Origin: a bacterium
Lineage (GTDB): Bacteria; Bacteroidota; Ignavibacteria; Kapaibacteriales; UBA2268
DNA length: 64,000 nucleotides
Direction: 5' to 3'
Assembly: GCA_024711295.1 (NCBI GenBank)
Contig: JANJTB010000033.1
Location: 76,617-140,616 of the forward strand
Positions 18,888 to 28,535 of this stretch are shown piece after piece. Positions within the stretch are counted from its first letter, which is position 1. Every line of letters starts with the position of its first letter. A model generated the notes under the pieces. The model had not been told where the DNA came from. It searched no databases and saw only the letters and a program-made list of their open reading frames with translations. The position numbers were made by a program, and so were the translations under genes.

Positions 18888-20213
18888 ATGAGCGATAGTA
18901 ACACAATATTGAATTATCTTAACGAAGGCAACTTCGAGAAATTTCTCCATAATTCGCATGAGTTGCCTCATGATTATTGGAATGATTTCAAGAACTTAAG
19001 GTCATTAATCAGTGCTATCAGGTTCAAAGACTTGGGAATGAGAGATTATATTTATCGTTCAGTTCTTAATCTTGACGATAAATTTAAACCTATTGCAGCA
19101 AATTATATTATAGACTTTTTGTATCATATCGAAAAAGAACTTCGCAACCTTGCTTCGGACCTTTTGATAAAATTAGGTGAACATTCAAATCAGAATTTAC
19201 TTCAACTTTTATCTGAAGAAGATGTTGACGTAAAGAAATTCGCTTGCGATATTCTTGGATACACAGGTACTGATGAAGAAATTCCTGACATAGTAATGCT
19301 CTTGAACGACAAAGATATGAATGTTTTTAATTCGGCGGTAGAGTCAATCGGAGCGATATTCGAAAGGCATAAAGAAAAGATAGGATTAGCTGATTCTATG
19401 GTTAATTTACTAATCAGCATCTACAATGTAAATAATCTTGATACTAAGCCGGTGATTATTGAGTCAATAGCAAAGATAGGTGGTGATATTGCAGTTGATT
19501 TTCTTGTTGATTTACTTGATAAGGAAGATGACATTTTTATCAAAACGGCAGTTATTGACGGCTTAGCAATATGTGGAAACTCTCCTTTTTTATGTGATAG
19601 ATTACTATCTGAACTCAATAATTATCCGAACGAAATACAACCTGTGATTTTGAAAACAATCATCGCAATATCTTTCAGAATAGGTCATGAAGTAAATATA
19701 AGTGATGAAGTAAGGCATATTGCATGGGCTTCGATGCAGGATATTGAACCTGACATTCGAACAGCCGGATTATTAGCTCTCAATGGCAATTATACCAAAG
19801 AAGATATTCCTCTTGTTGTTGACCAATATATCAATAATTCAGATGAATTGAGATATTATATTTTAACCAATTTATTCAATGACAATAATATCGAGTTATT
19901 TGAATTCTTTCTTCAAAATTTCTTGTCAAAAATTGAAAGTGGCGACAACAATGTATCTTTATTCGAGATGATTGGTATAATCCATAATATTTCTGAGGAA
20001 ATTGAATATCAGAATTTATCCCATTTGTTAAAGGTATTTGTAGTCAACTTGAAAGATTTTATCAGGTTTGAGCAATATGAGATATTTGATAATCTTTACC
20101 AAGTTAATCATGATTCATTTAGAAGTATAATTGCCGAGTTATCTTTCTCGGAAGAAAATCCTGCTGAATTTACTCAGCTAAATAACTATTTACTCGAAAA
20201 TTATAATAATTAA
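18888..20213 (+). CDS. HEAT/ARM-like repeat protein of unknown function
   Basis: 441 aa, all-helical, acidic. Recurrent HEAT-like units (DVDVKKFACDILGYTG; DKDMNVFNSAVESIGAI; DTKPVIIESIAKIGG; DIFIKTAVIDGLAICG; DIRTAGLLALNG). Sits between the sigma-54 regulator and cheR. Confidence 0.6.
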   Translation: MSDSNTILNYLNEGNFEKFLHNSHELPHDYWNDFKNLRSLISAIRFKDLGMRDYIYRSVLNLDDKFKPIAANYIIDFLYHIEKELRNLASDLLIKLGEHSNQNLLQLLSEEDVDVKKFACDILGYTGTDEEIPDIVMLLNDKDMNVFNSAVESIGAIFERHKEKIGLADSMVNLLISIYNVNNLDTKPVIIESIAKIGGDIAVDFLVDLLDKEDDIFIKTAVIDGLAICGNSPFLCDRLLSELNNYPNEIQPVILKTIIAISFRIGHEVNISDEVRHIAWASMQDIEPDIRTAGLLALNGNYTKEDIPLVVDQYINNSDELRYYILTNLFNDNNIELFEFFLQNFLSKIESGDNNVSLFEMIGIIHNISEEIEYQNLSHLLKVFVVNLKDFIRFEQYEIFDNLYQVNHDSFRSIIAELSFSEENPAEFTQLNNYLLENYNN

Positions 20214-20217
20214 AGTT

Positions 20218-21135
20218 ATGGCAGGCAGTCTATTTAATTTTGGAGCTAAGAAGACGGAAGTACCCGAACGAAAACCGAGTACCCCTGTCAGTACATTTAA
20301 TTCTACCGAGATGACAAATGATGAGTTCAATAAATTACGAAACATAATTTATGACCTAAGCGGAATTTATTTTACTGACAGCAAAAAATATCTTCTCGAA
20401 AGCAGAATATCAAAGAGAATTGCTGCAAATAATATGAAATCATTCAACGAGTACATAAATTATTTGCAGTCACCTATAAGCAGAAAAGAGCTTGGTGATT
20501 TGTTTGAGGCAATTACAATAAATGAAACTTATTTCTTCAGAGTACCCCAGCAATTCGAAGTACTCGAGCATGTAATAATACCTGAATTAATAAAATTAAA
20601 ATCAGGACAGCCCAATCCTACAATCAGGATTTGGAGTGCTGCTTCATCAAGCGGTGAAGAAGCCTACACAATTGCATTAATAATATTGGAACGCCTAAAG
20701 CCAATATATCCATATGTAAATTTTCAGGTAATCGGTACAGACATAAATAATGCTGTTATCGACCAGGCGAGAAAAGCTGTTTATAAGGAGTATGCTATTC
20801 GAAATATACCCGAAAATTTGTTAAAAAAATATTTTTTATCACAAGACGGGTTGTATATTCTTAAAGATGATGTAAAAAGACTGGTCAGATTCAGCAACCT
20901 AAATCTTTATGATTCATCTGCAGTCAGGGCTATTCCTCAATGTGATGTAATTTTCTGCGCAAATGTATTGATTTATTTCGATATCCCATCCAAACAAAAA
21001 GTGGTATCTGATTTGCATAGTGTTCTTACGAAAGGCGGATATTTATTTATCGGATATTCCGAGTCCTTGCATGGTATCTCAAAAGCATTTAAATTAGTAC
21101 ATTTACCTAAAGCAATGGCTTATCAAAAAGATTAA
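20218..21135 (+). CDS. cheR: Chemotaxis protein-glutamate O-methyltransferase CheR
   Basis: CheR N-domain (FNKLRNIIYDLSGIYFTDSKKYLLESRISKR, TINETYFFR). SAM-binding fold (RIWSAASSSGEEAYTIA, IFCANVLIYF). Confidence 0.85.
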   Translation: MAGSLFNFGAKKTEVPERKPSTPVSTFNSTEMTNDEFNKLRNIIYDLSGIYFTDSKKYLLESRISKRIAANNMKSFNEYINYLQSPISRKELGDLFEAITINETYFFRVPQQFEVLEHVIIPELIKLKSGQPNPTIRIWSAASSSGEEAYTIALIILERLKPIYPYVNFQVIGTDINNAVIDQARKAVYKEYAIRNIPENLLKKYFLSQDGLYILKDDVKRLVRFSNLNLYDSSAVRAIPQCDVIFCANVLIYFDIPSKQKVVSDLHSVLTKGGYLFIGYSESLHGISKAFKLVHLPKAMAYQKD

Positions 21136-21151
21136 CGGAGATAAAAACAAT

Positions 21152-21517
21152 ATGTCAAAAGTAATATTAGTAGTTGAAGATTCGCCATCAATCAGAAAAT
21201 TTATCACTCTTGCTCTTAAGATTCAGAGCTTTACTGTAATAACTGCAGAAGACGGTATGCAAGCTCTCGAAATCCTAACTCAGAATAATGCCATTGATTT
21301 AGTTTTAACTGACTTAAATATGCCTAACATGGATGGTATTAAATTGATTCAGGAAATTCGAAGAATTGAAATATACAAAGAATTACCGATTATTATCCTT
21401 TCGTCTCTTACAAGTGAAAGAGACATCAAAGAAGGACTTGATGCAGGAGCAAACTCATATTTAATCAAGCCTTTCAACACAAAAAAAATTCAATACGAGA
21501 TATCGAAATATTTATAA
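21152..21517 (+). CDS. Single-domain response regulator (CheY-like)
   Basis: 121 aa REC domain: VVEDS, LVLTDLNMPNMDG, IIILSS, LIKPF. Confidence 0.85.
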   Translation: MSKVILVVEDSPSIRKFITLALKIQSFTVITAEDGMQALEILTQNNAIDLVLTDLNMPNMDGIKLIQEIRRIEIYKELPIIILSSLTSERDIKEGLDAGANSYLIKPFNTKKIQYEISKYL

Positions 21518-21545
21518 ATGTCGCATAATAAATTAGGTTGTTTAT

Positions 21546-21914
21546 ATGAAGTTTTTAGTTGTAGATGATTCGCCAACCATGCGTAGGATTGTTATTAACG
21601 CTCTCAAAACATTTGGGCATGAAGAATTTGTAGAAGCATCAGACGGCATAGAAGCGTTCGAAGCGTTGCACACCGAAAACGTTGATTTTGTGGTTACTGA
21701 CTGGAATATGCCTAATATGAGCGGGTTGGAATTAACTCAAAAAATACGAAGCGATGCTAAATACCAGAATTTACCAATTTTGATGGTAACCACCAGAGGT
21801 TTAAAAACAGATATTGTTGAGGCACTGAAAGCCAGAGTCAACAATTATGTTGTCAAACCATTTACACCTCAAATTTTAAAAGAAAAAATTGACGCTATCC
21901 TTGGGCCAAGGTAA
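21546..21914 (+). CDS. cheY: Chemotaxis response regulator CheY
   Basis: 122 aa. Canonical CheY signature: FLVVDDSPTMRRI, FVVTDWNMPNMSGLEL, ILMVTT, YVVKPFT. Confidence 0.85.
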   Translation: MKFLVVDDSPTMRRIVINALKTFGHEEFVEASDGIEAFEALHTENVDFVVTDWNMPNMSGLELTQKIRSDAKYQNLPILMVTTRGLKTDIVEALKARVNNYVVKPFTPQILKEKIDAILGPR

Positions 21915-21926
21915 TAAGGAATAATT

Positions 21927-23015
21927 ATGAAAAACAATGAAATAGCTTCCCTACTAAAAAAAGCAGATGAACTAAGAGCATTATTTATACTTGGGCAAAA
22001 AGTTATCCCTTTCCTCGAAGAAATTTTTATCTTCGTAAGTGACATCCAACCACTTCTTGATGAGATAAATCGCTCTATTACCGAAAATCTAAAGCGAATG
22101 CCCAGCGCTTCTCAACAATTATCCAAAGTCACTGAAGCAACAGAGCTTGCAACAACAGAAATTATGGACTTGGTTGATGGAATATTATTTAATGTTGATA
22201 CTTTAGAGTCCAATTTCACTAGACTTAACAAATTAGTAGATTTGCAAAGTGAAAAAACTCTTGAAACACTTAGAACGCTTTATGATGCTATTGAAGCAGG
22301 CGTTGACGCAAAAGATTTGCTACCCGAACTTAAAAATATTATTGATTGTTTTGATAATAAAATAATATTAGAGAAAGACGAAACAATAAATAATTCAAAA
22401 GAGATTTTGAAAACTATACAAAATGACTCTACTTCAATTATGATGTCATTACAAGTTCAGGATATTACTTCCCAACAGATCGCTGCTGTAAACAAGCTCC
22501 TCGAAACACTTCAAACAAGACTTTCAGGTATTCTAACCCATTTCAAAGAATCAGATCTTAATGAAATGATAAGTGCAGAAGTCGAAGCCGAAAGTACTGA
22601 TTATATCAGAGTTTCAAAATTACACAGAGAGATTGCTTTCGACCCTCATGCTGTAGATTCTATTGCTAATAAAGGATTTAAGCAAAATGAAGTTGATCAA
22701 TACATCAAAATACATAAAGAAAACTTAGCAGAGAATGATGATTTTCAGTCACAAGATGATATTGACAAGTTTTTCAGACAGCAAAACGATGATAATCAAG
22801 AATCGCCAAGCGTCGTTAATGATAATATTTCTGAGGCAGAAAGCACTGAGTTTGAAAATCAGTCAGAAATTGATAATAATTCTTATAATAATGATGATTT
22901 AGTAACTAATTTAAGTAATGCTCAGGCAAGCAGTGATGATATAAGTAACTTGCTTGATAATATGGACATGGACGAGCCTTTTTCGCAGGAAGATATTGAC
23001 AAAATGTTTAAATAA
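21927..23015 (+). CDS. cheZ: CheZ-like CheY-P phosphatase with a long acidic C-terminal extension
   Basis: MPSASQQLSKVTEATELATTEIMDLVD resembles the CheZ P..R..L.YV..TE.AA helix. IMMSLQVQDITSQQIAAVNKLLETLQ matches the CheZ catalytic QDFQDLTGQ (D...Q) block. The D/E/N/S-rich tail ends DEPFSQEDIDKMFK, a CheY-binding-peptide-like terminus. Confidence 0.55.
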   Translation: MKNNEIASLLKKADELRALFILGQKVIPFLEEIFIFVSDIQPLLDEINRSITENLKRMPSASQQLSKVTEATELATTEIMDLVDGILFNVDTLESNFTRLNKLVDLQSEKTLETLRTLYDAIEAGVDAKDLLPELKNIIDCFDNKIILEKDETINNSKEILKTIQNDSTSIMMSLQVQDITSQQIAAVNKLLETLQTRLSGILTHFKESDLNEMISAEVEAESTDYIRVSKLHREIAFDPHAVDSIANKGFKQNEVDQYIKIHKENLAENDDFQSQDDIDKFFRQQNDDNQESPSVVNDNISEAESTEFENQSEIDNNSYNNDDLVTNLSNAQASSDDISNLLDNMDMDEPFSQEDIDKMFK

Positions 23016-23026
23016 GGGAATGTAAG

Positions 23027-25060
23027 ATGAGTCAGCCTTTTGAAGATGAAGAAATGATGGAAATTCTTGAGAGTTTTTTAGTTGAGACAAACGAGCTTTT
23101 AGAAATTCTTACTACCTCATTGATTGAAATGGAAAATAACCCTACCGATACTGAGGTTATCAATAAAATTTTCAGATATTTTCATACAATAAAAGGTACC
23201 TCTTCCTTTATGGGATTTAACGACATTTCTAAATTAACCCATGCAGCAGAAGAAATTTTAAACAAAGTAAGGCGTAATGAGCTTTCTGTAAGCCAAAATA
23301 TAATTGATGTATTGATGGATTCTAGAGATAGATTGGACTTAATGACTCAAGCCATTACAAATCCCGGCGAACCAATTACTTATAATGATTTAGTGAAAAG
23401 ACTTGAAGCATTATCCAAAGGGGATAATATTGATGAAGTAGTAGAAAATAATGAAACAATTACTTCAAAAAGTGATGCAGATTTATCTGATGACACTTAC
23501 TTAGACAAAGTACTTAATAACACTGAAATGTTCACAGGTCATGGTGATTTCGACCCGGATGAGCTTGAACTACTTGAAAAAGCATTTGCAGAAGTAAATA
23601 ATTCATTCTGGAGCACTAATTCAGATGGATCACAAATTTTAAAAAATGAGATTTCGAATAATGCCACCTCTGATATAGAAGTTAACAATTTGTCTGAAAT
23701 AGTTGAAATTTCAACTGATGCAACAGATAAACTACAGGCTTCAATCAAAGAACCTATCGAAATTCCTGAATTAGAAAGTTCCGACAAACCACAACCAGAG
23801 CAGATCAACAACGTTGCAGCATCAGGTCAATCAATTTCAAAAAATGCCCCTAAACCACTATCACAAACAGAAACAATAAGAATTGATGTGAAACGCGTTG
23901 AAAGTTTGATGGACTTGTCAGGCGAGCTGGTATTGGGAAGAAATCGTTTATCTCAGATTGCAAGCAGAGTATCCGGTGCAACTGACTTTAAAGAAATTTT
24001 ACAGGATTTGCTCGAAACAACTAATCAAATTGATTTAATTACTTCAGAAATTCAAACATCTGTTATGAAAATGAGGATGGTGCCAATAGGAAGATTATTC
24101 CAAAAAGCACCGAAGATAGTTCGAGACCTATCTAAAGAATTCGGTAAAAAAATCGAATTAACTCTCGAGGGTGAGGATACCGAGGTTGACAGAGGAATTA
24201 TTGAAGAGCTTAACGATCCTTTGGTACACATGTTACGAAACTCATGCGACCACGGAATTGAAACCTCAGAAGAACGTAAATCTACCGGTAAAAAACCTGC
24301 TGGGCAGATTAAACTGACTGCTTACCACGAAGGTAATCATATCATTTTAAAAATTATCGATGATGGAAAAGGTATTGACCCAAATGTTATTCTAAAAAAA
24401 GCCATCGAAAAGGAATTTATAACAGCAGAACAATCAAAACACATGACTGACTGGGAGATTTTACAACTCATTTTCAAACCTGGATTTTCAACTGCAAAAA
24501 CTGTAACAAGTGTATCAGGCAGGGGTGTTGGGATGGATGTTGTAAAAACCAATATAAATAAATTGAAAGGAATAATCGAGATTAATTCAACTCCTGGCCA
24601 AGGTAGTGAATTCGTAGTAAAGTTACCACTTACCCTCGCAATTATTCAGGGATTACTTGTAAAATCTTCAGGAAACATTTATGCACTCCCCCTTAGCTCA
24701 GTTGTCGAAGTAGTGTCCTATGATGAGTCTTCAGTCAGTTACGTTAACAACAGTAAAGTAATCAGAATTAGGAGTGAGGTAATTCCACTGATAACTTTAG
24801 ATGATATTACAGGTGACCCTGATATACATGAAATCGGTTCTAAGTACGTTGTTAATTTAGCGATAGGTATTGACCGCGTAGGTTTAGTTGTGAATAAGCT
24901 TTTAGGTCAACAAGAAATTGTAATTAAATCACTGGGTAATTACCTTACAAATATTGAGGGTATAGCCGGCTCCACCATCATAGGTGATGGCAGAGTAATA
25001 ATGATACTTGATACTCAAGGGATTATTAAAAAATATAAGAAACATCAGCATAATGGATGA
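23027..25060 (+). CDS. cheA: Chemotaxis histidine kinase CheA
   Basis: HPt P1 (FRYFHTIKGTSSFMG). Dimerisation region (IRIDVKRVESLMDLSGELVLGRNRL). HATPase (LVHMLRNSCDHGIE, DDGKGID, GRGVGMDVV). C-terminal CheW-like P5 (QGLLVKSSGNIYALPLSSVVEV...). Confidence 0.9.
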   Translation: MSQPFEDEEMMEILESFLVETNELLEILTTSLIEMENNPTDTEVINKIFRYFHTIKGTSSFMGFNDISKLTHAAEEILNKVRRNELSVSQNIIDVLMDSRDRLDLMTQAITNPGEPITYNDLVKRLEALSKGDNIDEVVENNETITSKSDADLSDDTYLDKVLNNTEMFTGHGDFDPDELELLEKAFAEVNNSFWSTNSDGSQILKNEISNNATSDIEVNNLSEIVEISTDATDKLQASIKEPIEIPELESSDKPQPEQINNVAASGQSISKNAPKPLSQTETIRIDVKRVESLMDLSGELVLGRNRLSQIASRVSGATDFKEILQDLLETTNQIDLITSEIQTSVMKMRMVPIGRLFQKAPKIVRDLSKEFGKKIELTLEGEDTEVDRGIIEELNDPLVHMLRNSCDHGIETSEERKSTGKKPAGQIKLTAYHEGNHIILKIIDDGKGIDPNVILKKAIEKEFITAEQSKHMTDWEILQLIFKPGFSTAKTVTSVSGRGVGMDVVKTNINKLKGIIEINSTPGQGSEFVVKLPLTLAIIQGLLVKSSGNIYALPLSSVVEVVSYDESSVSYVNNSKVIRIRSEVIPLITLDDITGDPDIHEIGSKYVVNLAIGIDRVGLVVNKLLGQQEIVIKSLGNYLTNIEGIAGSTIIGDGRVIMILDTQGIIKKYKKHQHNG

Positions 25061-25802
25061 AATAAACAATATAGATAACTTACTTAATGATTTCGAGTTC
25101 GAGTCACCTAACTTATCCAGTGAGGATAAGACAGATAAAATCAAAGCTTATGATAAACCAATAATAGGCCTGGATACAGGTACTGAAGATATTGATAATA
25201 GCAACAACCTGATTGAACCTCTTCTGACCGAAGAAGACTTGTTGGATGTAATTCCAAGTGCCGGCAAAAGAGCCGGTAACTTCAGGTCAGAACACAATCT
25301 ACCACCAAGTAATCTCATCAAAAAGAATGAAGTTAAGTCAAAAAAGGTTCAAGAACCCGAAGATTTCCAGAAAATCCTTGCCAAAGACCTGAATATAAGA
25401 GAGCAGGACTGGGCTGAGATTGCGCAGGAAATATCTCAAACAGACCTGCTGGATGATAATTTTCGCGATTTTATCGAACTTCCTAAAATTTCAGGTGACG
25501 AGAGAAATTTGATAGGCAAAAGACTTATACCTGCTAACAAAATTAGCCAGGTAGACAAAAAAGTAGAAATTTCTGACCGTGACTTACCTGATGATATTGA
25601 CCATAGGACTTCTATCGAGATCAATAGAGATGAGAAGGGCGATATCGAAAGCATTACAGTTTATTGTAAATGTGGTGAGGTAACCGATATCAAATTTGAC
25701 TATGATGACAGCTCCAACTCAGAGGAAACTGAGTATTTTCACTCATCAGGTACAATTGATAATCTTAAATTAGAACAGCTTAGACCCGGTAATTCGAAAT
25801 AA
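25053..25802 (+). CDS. Hypothetical acidic protein, start overlapping the cheA stop
   Basis: The ATG at 25053 overlaps the end of cheA (stop at 25058-25060) by 8 nt. 249 aa, D/E-rich. Conserved-looking C-terminal block IESITVYCKCGEVTDIKFDYDD. No family recognised. Confidence 0.45.
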   Translation: MDEINNIDNLLNDFEFESPNLSSEDKTDKIKAYDKPIIGLDTGTEDIDNSNNLIEPLLTEEDLLDVIPSAGKRAGNFRSEHNLPPSNLIKKNEVKSKKVQEPEDFQKILAKDLNIREQDWAEIAQEISQTDLLDDNFRDFIELPKISGDERNLIGKRLIPANKISQVDKKVEISDRDLPDDIDHRTSIEINRDEKGDIESITVYCKCGEVTDIKFDYDDSSNSEETEYFHSSGTIDNLKLEQLRPGNSK

Positions 25803-25803
25803 T

Positions 25804-26148
25804 CTACATTTCAATTTGTGTATGTAATGATATTTCTTCTAATATGCCACTAACTTTCAGACAGTCATGTAATTCACCTGAGTATATAATAGCTTTGCCT
25901 TTCTCATGGACTTCGAGAGTAAGAGCTTCTGCTCTATGGTAGTTGCAAGCTATGGCCTTGATAATTTGATTAATTACTTCATCAAAAGTGTGCCATTCAT
26001 CATTAAACAATATCACTTTGCAGGCATTTTTTGTTTCGTTAATAACACCAATATCCTCCTCAACATCATCGAGTGTTTCGATACTGTCAAAGAAAAAACC
26101 AGGATTCATTACATAATTCAATTGCTTGCTGATATTATTTATGTACAT
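25804..26148 (-). CDS. clpS: ATP-dependent Clp protease adaptor ClpS
   Basis: 114 aa. ClpS core KVILFNDEWHTFDEVINQIIKAI...HRAEALTLEVHEKGKAIIYSG. Confidence 0.75.
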   Translation of the reverse strand: MYINNISKQLNYVMNPGFFFDSIETLDDVEEDIGVINETKNACKVILFNDEWHTFDEVINQIIKAIACNYHRAEALTLEVHEKGKAIIYSGELHDCLKVSGILEEISLHTQIEM

Positions 26149-26297
26149 TGTTTAAAATACCAATATTAAGTAAAAAATGTGCGCTTATTAGTACAATTAA
26201 CTCTCAAAATTAAATTTTATTGCTATATCTTTAAGCTTGTGTATTAAAATCCGATTAATTTCGTCGTATATTTTTTTATATTTAAACAGGAGTAAAC

Positions 26298-28403
26298 TTG
26301 GAAATTAATGAAAATAATAAAAGAGCCAACAAACTAAGTTTTGAGAAAAGTCCTTATCTAAAACAGCATCAGCATAATCCTGTAGATTGGTATCCCTGGG
26401 GCGAGGAAGCATTCGAAATAGCAAAATCAGAAGATAAACCAATATTTTTATCAATTGGTTATTCTACTTGTCACTGGTGTCATGTAATGGAACATGAATC
26501 ATTTTCCGATCCTGAAGTAGCAACAATGATGAATGAAGTCTTTGTAAATATCAAAGTGGATAGAGAAGAAAGGCCTGATATTGACCATATTTATATGACT
26601 GTTTGCCAAATGACTACAGGTAGTGGTGGATGGCCCCTTACAATTTTGATGACTCCAGATGCTAAGCCATTTTTTGCAGGTACATACTTCCCAAAGGAAG
26701 GTAGAAACAATAAACCCGGAATAAAGGATATAATAATCAGGAGTAAAGATGTTTGGTCAAAATTTAAGAATGATATTTCTGAACAAGCTGAAGAAATTAC
26801 ACAACAATTAAATTCTGTAGTTTACAAATCGGGTGTTGATACAATTAATCAGGGGGTTTTTAGAAAGGGATTTTATGAATTAGCAAGTACATTTGACGAA
26901 CTTAATGGTGGATTTGGAAATAGGCCAAAGTTTCCGATTCCTCACAATTTTTTATTTTTACTCAGATATGGAACATTGAACAATTCACCTGAGTCAATTG
27001 ATATGGTTGCTAAGACACTCCAATCAATGCGAAGAGGAGGTATTTGGGACCACGTAGGATTTGGATTTCATAGATATTCAACAGATAGTGAGTGGTTAGT
27101 GCCACATTTCGAGAAGATGCTTTATGATGAAGCACTTCTATCAATTGCATATATCGAAGCTTTTCAGGTTACAGGTGAACCAATTTTTAAAGATACAGCT
27201 CAAAAAGTGCTCGAATACATCGAGAGAGATTTGCAGTCTGATAACGGCGGTTTTTACTCTGCTGAAGACGCTGACAGTGAAGGTGTAGAAGGAAAATTTT
27301 ATGTTTGGAATGCTAAAGAATTGCGTGAATTACTGATTGGAGATGTTGAGTTATTTTTCAATATATTCAATATTTCTGAAAAAGGCAATTATTTCGATGA
27401 AGTTACAGGAAAAATGACTGGTAATAATATTCTGCACATAAAGAAAAACATGGAGCAAATTGCTGAAGAATTCGGAATATCAACAGAACAATCGCAGAAG
27501 AGAATTAATTCTGCTTTGGCAAAACTTTTTGAAAATAGAAAATCCAGGATAAGGCCTCATCTTGATAGTAAAATACTTACTGACTGGAATGGTTTAGTTA
27601 TTTCGGCATTTTCACGTGCAGCATCAGTGTTTGGTGAACCAAAATACTCTATCATTGCTGCTAGAGCTGTAAAATTTATTGCTGACAATATGATAAATGA
27701 TGATTTCAGCTTAAATCACCGATTTGCAGAAGGTCAAGCAGGTATAAATGGCATGATTGATGATTACGCATATCTGAGCTTAAGTTTGCTTGACTATTAT
27801 AACCTGACAGGAGACATTGAAATACTTAATTTGGCAGAAAAAATTGTAAATAAAGCTAATGAGAAATTTGCTGATAGTAATGGTGCTTACTATTTTACAG
27901 CATCAGATGGTGAAAAATTGATTGCCAGAAAAAAGGAAATTTATGATGGTGCAATGCCATCTGGCAACTCAATCATGCTTGAAGTTTTACTTAGATTACA
28001 CTCATTGACACACAAAACAGAGTATTTTGAACAAGCTGATAAAATGGTCAAATTGTTTTCTACACCTCTAAATAATGTACCAAGTGCATACACTTTCTTC
28101 TTAAGCGCACTTTACCGATATTTTTATGGTACTATTGATGTAACTTTTGTTTATACAAATGAAGACAAGGATGTTGAAACACTAAAAAGTAAAATAAATT
28201 CTAAGTTTAATCCACTTGTTAATCTAAAACTTATAAATACCGAAATAAAGAAAGGATATACAAACCAAACCCACCTTAGTCTGGAAAAAATCAACGATAA
28301 ACTCACATGTTATGTTTGTAGCGGATTTAAATGTGATGAACCAATTGTTGGGTTAGAAAATATTTTATCAATTCTACCTGAAAAATATAACATTAAATTG
28401 TAA
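26298..28403 (+). CDS. Thioredoxin-domain protein of the DUF255/YyaL family (N-terminal thioredoxin-like fold plus (alpha/alpha)6 domain)
   Basis: TTG start after AGGAG. Hallmark [43 protein letters not shown]. 701 aa, the typical family length. Confidence 0.85.
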   Translation: MEINENNKRANKLSFEKSPYLKQHQHNPVDWYPWGEEAFEIAKSEDKPIFLSIGYSTCHWCHVMEHESFSDPEVATMMNEVFVNIKVDREERPDIDHIYMTVCQMTTGSGGWPLTILMTPDAKPFFAGTYFPKEGRNNKPGIKDIIIRSKDVWSKFKNDISEQAEEITQQLNSVVYKSGVDTINQGVFRKGFYELASTFDELNGGFGNRPKFPIPHNFLFLLRYGTLNNSPESIDMVAKTLQSMRRGGIWDHVGFGFHRYSTDSEWLVPHFEKMLYDEALLSIAYIEAFQVTGEPIFKDTAQKVLEYIERDLQSDNGGFYSAEDADSEGVEGKFYVWNAKELRELLIGDVELFFNIFNISEKGNYFDEVTGKMTGNNILHIKKNMEQIAEEFGISTEQSQKRINSALAKLFENRKSRIRPHLDSKILTDWNGLVISAFSRAASVFGEPKYSIIAARAVKFIADNMINDDFSLNHRFAEGQAGINGMIDDYAYLSLSLLDYYNLTGDIEILNLAEKIVNKANEKFADSNGAYYFTASDGEKLIARKKEIYDGAMPSGNSIMLEVLLRLHSLTHKTEYFEQADKMVKLFSTPLNNVPSAYTFFLSALYRYFYGTIDVTFVYTNEDKDVETLKSKINSKFNPLVNLKLINTEIKKGYTNQTHLSLEKINDKLTCYVCSGFKCDEPIVGLENILSILPEKYNIKL

Positions 28404-28425
28404 GACTAAATATTTAATAAAAATT

Positions 28426-28476
28426 AAAGTGATATACTTAGATTGTCGATTATATCTATTGTATCACTTTTTTCTT
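28426..28476 (+). terminator. Rho-independent terminator after the DUF255 gene
   Basis: AAAGTGATA (28426-28434) pairs with TATCACTTT (28462-28470). Inner TAGAT/ATCTA pairing. Followed by TTTTTTC. Confidence 0.6.
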
Positions 28477-28535
28477 AAAATAATTAAGAAAGCATAATGT
28501 TTTAATTATTTTATATTTAACTAATTAGAAAACGA

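Noticed and set aside
25800-25806. Convergent stop codons of the acidic orphan ORF and clpS separated by 1 nt, with no terminator
   Set aside because: Real in the sequence, and noted under the orphan ORF finding. Tight convergent gene ends are common in compact genomes and do not by themselves indicate regulation.
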